Shown in pieces: positions 17,608 to 26,400 of a DNA stretch of 54,670 nucleotides; position 1 is the first letter of the stretch, and every line of letters starts with the position of its first letter. Below the pieces are notes generated by a model. That model searched no databases, was not told the origin of the DNA, and saw only the letters and a list, made by a program, of their open reading frames with translations. The position numbers and the translations under genes are program-made. Origin of the DNA: an uncultured Dehalococcoidia bacterium (GTDB lineage Bacteria > Chloroflexota > Dehalococcoidia > Lucifugimonadales > UBA826); assembly GCA_964652755.1 (NCBI GenBank), contig CAZZBP010000004.1:1-54670 (forward strand). The letters are read 5' to 3'.

Positions 17608-18288
17608 TTAAGCAGTTACCCAGTCGACGCCATTTAGAACCAGCTTTTGAAAATCCTGGTTCTGCTGGCTCAAACCATCATGCCCAAGAAGTGTTACAAA
17701 GACTTTTCCTGAACCATAAGACCTCGTCCATGCGAGCGGAAAAGTACCTCCAGGCATATGAATTTCCTCGTTTCTCACGCTATTCTTATGGAATGTACCA
17801 CTCTCGAAGTCTGCTGACAGAAACACGTCATTACCATTTCCTCTGTAATCAATATTCATATACAGTTCATCATCTGTTGTGAAATCCGAAATCCCTTCTG
17901 CGCAGGCATGGTCACTGTTTTTTACATCCACCTTGAACCTTCCGTAAGGAGGGTGGAAACTTTGACCCATAACCCATCCGCCGCCAGTAATGTCCCCGTA
18001 TCCTTGCCATGTGTCAGGCACACACCCTGAAATATGTATACACACAAAGCCATTTCCAGAGCCGATATATTCCTTCAGTGCTTCTTGCTGGGATTCGTCG
18101 AGTGCCATTTCACCCGCTCTCAACGTATTAAACACCAGTGCATCAGCCGATTCGACAGTACCATCAGTCAAAGCGTCTGCATCTTCCCGGACGGTAACAT
18201 CATGTCCTGCTGACTCCAAGAAACTATTCAGCACCGGAGTCGACTCTTCATAAGGATGACTGCCACCACTCATTAATAATAGGTTCAC
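17608..18288 (-). CDS. ThuA-domain (class I glutamine-amidotransferase-like fold) protein
   Basis: 226 aa. The pattern 'LLMSGGSHPYE', 'FNTL', 'G.GFVCIH', 'HPP' and 'PLAWTRSYGSGKVFVTLLGHD' is typical of ThuA-like proteins. Confidence 0.55.
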   Translation of the reverse strand: MNLLLMSGGSHPYEESTPVLNSFLESAGHDVTVREDADALTDGTVESADALVFNTLRAGEMALDESQQEALKEYIGSGNGFVCIHISGCVPDTWQGYGDITGGGWVMGQSFHPPYGRFKVDVKNSDHACAEGISDFTTDDELYMNIDYRGNGNDVFLSADFESGTFHKNSVRNEEIHMPGGTFPLAWTRSYGSGKVFVTLLGHDGLSQQNQDFQKLVLNGVDWVTA

Positions 18289-18331
18289 ACTATCTCTCCT
18301 TCTTCTAGTTTCTTGTTCCTATTCGCTCTCT

Positions 18332-19480
18332 TCAGGCGACTATTAATCCCGAGCCACCAGGGCTCGCTCCTGAGTACAACTTGTTCAAATTCGCATATTT
18401 TTCAGGGTTCAGGTCTCGACCCGAAATAGCGAGGTCGTGGGATCCATATTTGTGGGCGCGAAACACCATATTACTTGGAGCGCCGGTGCGCAAATCAGGA
18501 GTTTGAAACGGATTCACATATTCCCAGACTACATCTCCCTTCTCGGTGACTTCAAAAATCCTACCGAAAGCTCCCTCACATATGAGTGTATTCCCGTTGG
18601 CTAAACGTTCGGCACTGCTTATGTGAAAACTAAAGAAGGCCATAGGAGGTGTTTCCGTATATTCCCACTTCACTTTCCCACTCTCCGGATCCACTTCAAT
18701 TACCCGAGATCTGTCCGCCCCTTTTGAATGACTACCATTATCGAAGAGCAAGATATTTCCATTATCCAAGAACGTAGGATGGTGCTGGTGCCAAACCTCC
18801 CCAGGACCCCATTTCCACAGGAATCGGCCCGATTCCTTTCCTATAATGCCTATGGTACTTGTGTTCCTAAAGCTGACCAAGAAATCACCGTCAGGTGTCA
18901 GGTTTATACAGTTAGCGTGGGTCCATTCCCGCCTATGCTCTAATGGACAAATAACGTCTTCATCGTAGGAAAGGCTTTCCGAAATATTCCATTCACTGAC
19001 GGTATCCCCATCCGGCGAAATTTCTCTTATTAGATCACCAAGAATGGTAGGCGAATCCTCTTCAGATACATATCCGCCCTGAACCTTTTTCGTAGTCTCC
19101 TCGTCTAGTGGGTCAAACAATAACGCCAGCGTATTTCCATTCGATAATCTTACAAAGTCGTGGTGAAGCATTGGGTCATCGTATCGCCAGATCACTTCAC
19201 TCTCCCAGTTAATTTCTAAAAGAGCGGCCGAAGATCCTCCGAGATTCTGAACTAATTCCACATCGGTGGATGGATTTGTCCTGCATAAGAGATTCCCAGA
19301 GGAAAGAAGGTATGCATAGACTATCCCCTCTTCAGAATTCCACCTGTGTACTATCCTTCCTTCCATATCAAGCAGGGTAGCGTGATTGCCGCCATTTACG
19401 TTGGTGAACAGTGTGTAGCCACTATAAGCTGAGGAGGAGTTGTGAATTAGCCCCACAGGATGATGAATAGATCTGCCCAT
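18332..19480 (-). CDS. Arylsulfotransferase (ASST)-like beta-propeller protein
   Basis: 382 aa. Has 'LHHDFVRLSNGNTL', 'EWTHANCINLTPDGDFLVSFRNTSTIGII', 'HQHHPTFLDNGNILLFDNG' and 'RLANGNTLI', the His-rich repeat pattern of ASST-family proteins. No obvious signal peptide. Confidence 0.55.
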   Translation of the reverse strand: MGRSIHHPVGLIHNSSSAYSGYTLFTNVNGGNHATLLDMEGRIVHRWNSEEGIVYAYLLSSGNLLCRTNPSTDVELVQNLGGSSAALLEINWESEVIWRYDDPMLHHDFVRLSNGNTLALLFDPLDEETTKKVQGGYVSEEDSPTILGDLIREISPDGDTVSEWNISESLSYDEDVICPLEHRREWTHANCINLTPDGDFLVSFRNTSTIGIIGKESGRFLWKWGPGEVWHQHHPTFLDNGNILLFDNGSHSKGADRSRVIEVDPESGKVKWEYTETPPMAFFSFHISSAERLANGNTLICEGAFGRIFEVTEKGDVVWEYVNPFQTPDLRTGAPSNMVFRAHKYGSHDLAISGRDLNPEKYANLNKLYSGASPGGSGLIVA

Positions 19481-19498
19481 TGGTTTCTTCCAATAATT

Positions 19499-20344
19499 CT
19501 ATTTCACTAACGGGGTATCTTCGCGGTTCGCCCACTCTCCCATAGAGCCGTCATAGTTTCGCACTTTCTCATAGCCAAGCAGGGTGAGAACAAACACTCC
19601 GTGCGCCGCACGGATGCCTCCCTGTCAATACGTCACTATCTCTTTTTCAGGAGTCACTCCAGCAGCCTCAAGAATGTCGCGCAACTCTTGAGGGGACTTA
19701 AAAGTGTGATGTTTGTCATTCGTGACGAAATTAAGCCATTCAAGATGAACCGCGTCGGGAATCCTTCCAGATCTGCCGTTTCCCCTATCGACGGTTCCCG
19801 TCCATTCCTCATCAGACCGTACATCCAAGAAAAGCGTCTCATCATTTCCAATCGCTGACATAGCGTCGTCAATGAGACAAACCAGGTCGGGTTCCGACTT
19901 CGGCGTGAAGGTCACTTCTTTTTTCACCGGGCGGTCTATAGAAACAGGCCTCCCCTCATCAAACCACTTTTTCCAGCCTCCATCGAGAACTCTCGAATTA
20001 TTGTGTCCATAGTAGTTTAAGACCCACCAAAACCGAGAAGCCCACAAACTTCCACTGCTGTCATAAGCCACTACTGTGGTATCGTCTCCAATGCCCATAT
20101 CCTCAAATAGCTCTTTCACCACATCAGGTTCTGCAACCAAGGGATAGGATTTGGGGTCTCTTGCATAATCCGGATGTTTTATATAGTGATGCACTTTGAT
20201 CCCCGCCGCACCCTCGATGTGAGCTCTCGTATAAGAATCAAAAGGATCGCAATCGACGATCCTAATATCAGAATCACCTATATGTTCTTCCAACCATTGG
20301 GTAGACACTAAAATTTCTGGTTTAATAAAGCCATTGGACGGCAT
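19499..20344 (-). CDS. Two-domain rhodanese (thiosulfate/3-mercaptopyruvate sulfurtransferase-like) with in-frame TGA at the catalytic Cys position; candidate selenoprotein
   Basis: The tracked ORF ends at TGA (19625-19627). The same frame continues 'QGGIRAAHGVFVLTLLGYEKVRNYDGSMGEWANREDTPLVK' to TAG at 19499-19501. 'Y-[TGA]-QGGIRA' matches the rhodanese active-site loop C-x-x-G-x-R. Total length is 281 aa from the ATG at 20344, which has SD 'AGGAGA' 6 nt upstream. The alternative reading is a pseudogene created by a nonsense mutation. Confidence 0.6.
19580..19624 (-). promoter_or_regulatory. Putative bacterial SECIS-like hairpin immediately 3' of the in-frame UGA
   Basis: mRNA sequence: UGA-CAGGGAGGCAU-CCGUGC-GGC-GCACGG-AGUGUUUGUUCUCA-CCCUG. 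The upper stem CCGUGC/GCACGG is 6 bp and starts 11 nt after the UGA, with a G-rich apical loop. The lower stem CAGGG/CCCUG closes the element. Pairings were checked by hand. Confidence 0.45.
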
Positions 20345-20449
20345 CAGAAGTCTCCTATCACTGATTTCCAGAACAACCAAAAGATCGCACTGAATCTAGG
20401 GGGAAATTGGCCGGAGTATACCACAATAGAACAGCCACACAGGCACGTA

Positions 20450-21397
20450 TCATAGAAGTGTATAAGACAACTCTGGAATAACTTGGTAGCGTAGTTTTTC
20501 TAGATGTTCCATATGGTCGAAAACTGGATTAAACATCACCATCTCTGCCCCAGAATTAATAACTTCTTGGATACTCTCAGTGCATTTTGCCACACTACCC
20601 CAGACGGAAACGTGTGCAGCCAGATCGGCATTGCCATAGTGTGCTCCAAACCAGTTGGACAATCGAGCCTTCGCTCTTTCTTCATCATCATCTATTGCAA
20701 CGTATACCCGTTTCGATATCACAAATTCAGACTCCGGCCTTCCAATCCGGATTAATTCAAAATGGATGATTTCCACATGTTCTCTAAACTCACCCGTGGA
20801 TGTAGAACCGGCACCCATCCATCCATCTCCCATTGTTACCGCCCTTTTCAGGGCATCTAGGTGCCTGCCTCCGAACCAAATAGGAGGACCGGTCTCCTGT
20901 ACTGGCAGGGGTCTCATCTTTATGCTATCGAAGTCCCAGAACACACCATGATGCGAGGCACTTCCTGAAGTCCAGAGGGCTCTGATAACACTCAAAAACT
21001 CAATGAAATGTCTCACTCTCTTCTCCCGAGGGGCTCCCAGCAACGGATACGTCGCAGCCCGACCTCCGAGAGCGATACCCAGCGTCAATCTGCCTTTCGA
21101 AAGGTTGTCAATTGTGCAGAGCTCTTTCGCCAGAAGAAACGGATTCCTCGTAGTGGCGATTATCACTGCTGTCCCCAGTCGAATACTCTTGGTAGAGGCT
21201 GCCAGATAGCTTAAGAGAGTTAAAGGTTCAAGCGAGTCGGCAGTTCCAATAATCCTTTCCTGCACCCAGAGGCTGTCGAAGCCGAGATCCTCCGCTCGGC
21301 TAGCGAACTTTCTTATCAAGTCTAGATCAATAGGATCTTCTGTAAAAACCTGCGGAATGGCTATCCCACAGGAGACATTTCCGTCAACGCTTTCCAT
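20450..21397 (-). CDS. LLM-class F420/flavin-dependent oxidoreductase, paralogue 3
   Basis: 315 aa. 'AEDLGFDSLWVQERI' and 'GRLTLGIALGG' fit the luciferase-like TIM-barrel pattern. Confidence 0.7.
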   Translation of the reverse strand: MESVDGNVSCGIAIPQVFTEDPIDLDLIRKFASRAEDLGFDSLWVQERIIGTADSLEPLTLLSYLAASTKSIRLGTAVIIATTRNPFLLAKELCTIDNLSKGRLTLGIALGGRAATYPLLGAPREKRVRHFIEFLSVIRALWTSGSASHHGVFWDFDSIKMRPLPVQETGPPIWFGGRHLDALKRAVTMGDGWMGAGSTSTGEFREHVEIIHFELIRIGRPESEFVISKRVYVAIDDDEERAKARLSNWFGAHYGNADLAAHVSVWGSVAKCTESIQEVINSGAEMVMFNPVFDHMEHLEKLRYQVIPELSYTLL

Positions 21398-21427
21398 AGA
21401 ACCTCGCCCATAGCATCAAATCTATAT

Positions 21428-22342
21428 TCATTCCTGCCAGTGAGCTGGCACTATTGGGTCTGCATCTTTTCCAATCAGATTCTCTGTGATCCATTTTTCA
21501 GCAAACAGTCCGTCCAGAAAGCTGGACCTTTCTGACTCATGAACAGTTGTTTCGCCGGCTATTCCTTCAACAAGCGAAGACAGACTTTTCGGAGAGTAGA
21601 GTCCGCTTTCGTGATCGGCCATGACAAGAGCTGTAGCAGTTATTGATTGGGCGTGCCATTTGAGGTTGTAGTAATTGAGAACATTCTCTACCAATTCTTT
21701 CTGTTCCGGGAAACGTCGAATGTAATCGTTAAATTCCTCAAGCGGATATCCTGAAGTTCTTTCAGCCATTTCGATTGTATTCAGAAGATAAGCTGGCGTC
21801 GTAACAACATGGGTCACAGAATCATGGAGCGCCGCCGCCAAAAGCGCATTATCGTTGCCCCATGCAACCACAGCATTCCTGTCAACCTCCGATCGGGACA
21901 TTAGGAAATCGAGACCTCTCATCGTATCGGCTACGATCCCCCGGTAAACATAAGACTCTGGATCGTGAATCCCGTCGGTCAGCTGCCCAGGATACATTGC
22001 TGTGTATGGCTTGTCTGAGTTCCTCATTCCCCGACAAGCTAGAGAAAAAGTGACGTAACGGCTCCTTATTGCATTTGAAGTCCCCTGAGGAATAATTTCC
22101 AGAACACTGGCGTTCTTAGGTACATAATAGATTACAGGTGCCGGACCATCCGATTTGGGTATACTGAGATACCCGTATAATCTGTACGGTCCGATACTTG
22201 TAATTCTTACCCCGTAAAGATCTGCAAAATCCGTTGACCGCATCGGTATCGACTCTATCTCAGGAGAAGCCGGAATGTCTGCCAGATCTTTCCCTAATTC
22301 ATACCAGAAACTACCAAAGTCTGAAGGACGTATAGTGTTCAC
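21428..22342 (-). CDS. CE7 acetylxylan esterase-like alpha/beta hydrolase, variant with Asp at the nucleophile position
   Basis: 304 aa, collinear with the upstream paralogue: 'P.DF..FW', 'YVYRGIVADTMRGLDFL', and the acid and His regions 'ADHE' and 'VHE'. The nucleophile elbow reads G-N-D-N-A (21845-21859) instead of G-x-S-Q-G. Confidence 0.6.
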   Translation of the reverse strand: MNTIRPSDFGSFWYELGKDLADIPASPEIESIPMRSTDFADLYGVRITSIGPYRLYGYLSIPKSDGPAPVIYYVPKNASVLEIIPQGTSNAIRSRYVTFSLACRGMRNSDKPYTAMYPGQLTDGIHDPESYVYRGIVADTMRGLDFLMSRSEVDRNAVVAWGNDNALLAAALHDSVTHVVTTPAYLLNTIEMAERTSGYPLEEFNDYIRRFPEQKELVENVLNYYNLKWHAQSITATALVMADHESGLYSPKSLSSLVEGIAGETTVHESERSSFLDGLFAEKWITENLIGKDADPIVPAHWQE

Positions 22343-22344
22343 GG

Positions 22345-23271
22345 TTAGCTATCTCCTTTGAGGTGCTCTGCAAAAAAATCGTCGACTATTGAAGTGTGAA
22401 TATATCGTCCGGCTTCATGCCCGTGACCATCATAATCAAACAACTTCTTTTGCTCGCTGCCTATAGAAGAAAACAAAGAGTAGCCGGTTTCGGGCGGACA
22501 GACATTATCCTGAAGACCTATATTTATGATGATTGGGCACTTTATCTTGTCAGCAAATGATATGCCGTCGAAATACGACAAGGTATTTTCAACATTCTCT
22601 TTACTCTCTGGATTCACTCTTAAGTAATCGTTGATTTCTTGATACGGGTAAGTGTCGGTAAGCTCAATAGCATCCATGTAGCCGCAGAGATAAGGAGCTC
22701 CAGCCGCTGCTGCCCGAACCTCACTCCGCATTGCAGAAGTAGTTATCGTCAATCCCCCACCCTGGCTGCTACCTGTAACACCGATACTTTCACTATCAAT
22801 TTCAGGTCTACTCAAAAGAAAATCGATACCCCTCCATGCGTCAACATAGAAACCACGATAAGAATAGGTGTTTTTATCGATTATCCCGTATGTGAGAAGC
22901 CCCGGGTATCCAGGATCGAATTGCAATCGGCTGCGCACTTTCCCCCGAGGATTGATCGAGAGACACGCGTAACCTTTAGATGCCCAATCCTTGGGAATAG
23001 ACGGATCACTCTGGTAACCAGGCACTAAGAGAATAGACGGAAGATCGCCGCCGTTATGACGCGGTACTGCGTACCATCCAGAAACCCTGACATTATCGAG
23101 GCTATTGTAAAAAACCTGGTATACAGATATTTCCGCATAGGATCTCAGATCATCCTCGATACAATCAGGCATAAGATCGATACTCCCTACTTCAAACAAT
23201 ACCCCGGCCCAGAACTCGTCAAAATCTGAGGGCTTCTCTACCCGACACTTGTATTCAGAATTGACCGCCAT
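22345..23271 (-). CDS. CE7 family acetylxylan esterase / cephalosporin-C deacetylase-like hydrolase
   Basis: 308 aa. Has 'PSDFDEFW', 'YSYRGFYVDAWRGIDFL', nucleophile elbow 'GSSQGGG', 'GLQDNVCPP' and 'GHGHE'. Confidence 0.7.
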   Translation of the reverse strand: MAVNSEYKCRVEKPSDFDEFWAGVLFEVGSIDLMPDCIEDDLRSYAEISVYQVFYNSLDNVRVSGWYAVPRHNGGDLPSILLVPGYQSDPSIPKDWASKGYACLSINPRGKVRSRLQFDPGYPGLLTYGIIDKNTYSYRGFYVDAWRGIDFLLSRPEIDSESIGVTGSSQGGGLTITTSAMRSEVRAAAAGAPYLCGYMDAIELTDTYPYQEINDYLRVNPESKENVENTLSYFDGISFADKIKCPIIINIGLQDNVCPPETGYSLFSSIGSEQKKLFDYDGHGHEAGRYIHTSIVDDFFAEHLKGDS

Positions 23272-23477
23272 TGTTTTCTCCTTACTTGGAAACCCGCATA
23301 TTTAAATCTTTTCGCAGGCGATTCTAACCCTTGCTTCGAGACCGTCAAGAAAGGATACTCAAATCAGTGTCTATAATCGAAAAAATTTCGGATATCGGGA
23401 AGAACACCCTTCAATTTCTAAAAAACTCGTCTAGCCGAAAGAATGAAATCTAATGGTTCGCAATAATTGTAATCGTA

Positions 23478-26400
23478 GTGATTGCTGCGTTTTTACGATT
23501 CAGTGGACTTCATTGGGATGAGGGATTTTCTTATACTCCACATCCCGACGAAAGAGCGATTCTCATGAAGAGTCGGGAAATAGAGATGCCACCATTATCG
23601 AAGTTAGGCACTTTATTTAACGCAGACGAAAGTACCTGGAATCCGAGATGGTTTCCTTACGGAAGTTTTCCTTTATATGTTCTAGAAATTAGTGAGAACA
23701 TACTAGAAAGGATGACCGGGACAGATGTAACCGATCTACGTACATTGGCAAGATCGATATCTGTTCTCGCCGATCTCGGAACTATCATTGGAATAGCTAT
23801 GCTAGGTAAGTCTGCTTTTAGCAGAAGAGTAGGACTTCTTGCAGCATTTCTGATTTCGTTCTCAGTTATCCATATTCAACTGGCACACTTTTTCGCTTTC
23901 GATACGTTGACTGTATTTTTCACCACTTGGTCGTTGTTAGTTCTATATCGCCTAACCATTAGCGGGAAAAGGAGTCATTCCTTAATAGCCGGTGCCCTTA
24001 TAGGCCTTGGTTTAGCAACAAAAGTTAGTCTCTTGCCAATAGCTGGCGCGTTTGTAATGGCTCATTTAATCTACGCTGCGCGGAATCAAACTATGGAGGA
24101 TATCCAGTACTGGAAGGTGAAAAAAGCCCTAATTTCAGGCGCCTGGGGCATATTAGCCGGCTCATTAATATTCGTTCTGGCTCAGCCCTATGCTTTATTG
24201 GACTGGAACAGGTTCATAGGTGATGTCACCGAGCAATCTGAGATGGTTCGTAGGATCAGAGATTACCCTTACACAAGGCAGTATATTGGTACTACGCCAT
24301 ATGTCTACCAATTTATCCAAATGGGCAAATGGGGACTAGGATGGCCGCTCACTATCATTTCTGTCGTGGGTCTGTTTTGGTCAGCTTCCAAGGGCCTCAA
24401 ATTAGTGCCCGCGATTCTGTCGATTCTTTGCTGCGCAATTATCCCGGCCTCGGTCCTACTGTGGAATAACAGTGCACCTGCAATTGTGGTGTCTTCACTA
24501 ATTTGCTTTTTCTCTCTAATCATATTTTCGCCATTTCGGGGAAAAGGAACCTCCATCTTTATACTCTTGCTGTCATGGGTTCTACCTTACTTGCTCGTGA
24601 CGGGCAGTTTCGAAGTGAAGTTCCTTCGTTATTTGCTACCTGCTATACCGGTAATCGCATTGCTTGGGTCGGCATTTGTCATCCATTGTTTTCATAGAAC
24701 TCCCAGATACAGCCAGATCTCTGCAGCATGCCTGATACTCCTCACTGTGATTGTAACGGTATGGTACGGATTCTCCATGATGGGAATATATGGCGAGAAG
24801 CATACTGCCGTAAAAGCATCTGAATGGCTAGCTAAATATGGGAAAAGTGGCTCCTTGATCATCAAGGAGCATTGGGAAGAGAGCCTACCCAATCTTCGAA
24901 ATTTTCGATATGAGGAACTACCTATTTATGAAGATGACACGTACTTCAAACTGACTCACATTTCAGAGTCATTGCACAGGGGTGACTACTTAGTTCTCTT
25001 CAGTAACAGACTTTACGGGACGGTCACAAGAATCGAAGACAGATACCCGGTCATGAAAGGTTATTACAGGGCTCTTTTTACAGGAAAGTTGGGTTATGAA
25101 CCTGTGCTGATAGAGACGTCATATCTAAATCTCCTCGGAATAAATCTTATTGAGGACACCTTTGACCGCCCAGGAGTCCCAGACCCGAGCAAAAGATTAA
25201 TACCGCCATATGACAAAGCTGGCATACAAATTGGATTCGTTGACGAAAGTTTCTCTGTTTATGATCATCCTAAAGTGATGATATTCGAAAATAGAAACCG
25301 CCTGTCTGCGACGGTAATCAGAACAGAAATTGAATCTGAAACGATAAGTTTTTCAGCATTAAATAAGGTCAAACCCAGATCCCCACCTAAAGATTTAATG
25401 ATGGATGAAGAGATGCTCCGCTCTCAACGAAGCGGAGGAACCTGGTCAGGGATAATCAGTAAGAACCCCATATCTTCCCGATTTCCTGTCGCCACCTGGC
25501 TCGGTATCATCGAGTTGATTTCACTCTGCGCTCTCCCCCTATCCTTTTTTGTATTCAGGGGGCTACTCGCAAGAGGATATCTACTTGCAAAAATACTGGG
25601 AATTCTGTTGACATGTTTTTTTGCCTGGCTTCTCTCCAGCATGCAGTTGATGAAATTTGAGGATACAACGATGTGGGTCAGTCTGGGTGCACTTATGCTC
25701 ATATCCTCATCAGTGCTGTATTTCAGAAGAGACGACATCCTCAGTTTCTTACGGGTTCAATGGAAACGCCTTGTGATACTTGAATGTGTCTTTCTCTTGG
25801 CATTCTTCTCATTTCTTCTGATCCGGATGGCGAACCCTGATCTATGGCACCCCTATAGGGGTGGAGAAAAGCCCATGGACATGGCATACCTAAACGCTGT
25901 CTTGCGATCCAGTTATATGCCGCCCTACGATCCCTGGTTTTCAGGCGGATATATGAACTACTACTACTGGGGTCAATTCATTGTAGCGTCGCTTATCCAT
26001 ATGTCTGGGATAACGACTGAAGTTGCCTACAACCTTGCAATTCCAACATTATTCGCTTTCACCGCCGGTGCTGCCTTCACAATCGGTTCAAACTTAGTAG
26101 GAAGAACAGCCCTTAATTTGAGTCATCGGACCAAAATATTCCCATTAGCTGCAGGTATGTCTGGTCTTATTTTCGTTTGTGTAATAGGAAACCTAGATGG
26201 GTTTTTTCAAAGTTTCGGGATACTAAGTGACAAGATAATTAATGGGTTATCTGGCGGAGAATTTGATTACTGGCGTAGTAGTCGGATGATGCCACCAGAC
26301 CCTCCAGGACACGAGATCACAGAATTCCCGTTTTTCACTTTCCTTTTCGCGGACCTACACGCTCATCTTATTGCCCTACCGTTTACGTTGCTCGTAATAG

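Noticed and set aside
19502-19624. Treating the 144 nt after the TGA (19625-19627) as ordinary intergenic spacer
   Set aside because: The stretch encodes, in frame, the conserved rhodanese active-site loop and C-terminus, and ends 19 nt before the next gene. Plain termination would leave a catalytically empty protein. A nonsense-mutation pseudogene remains the alternative and is stated in the finding.
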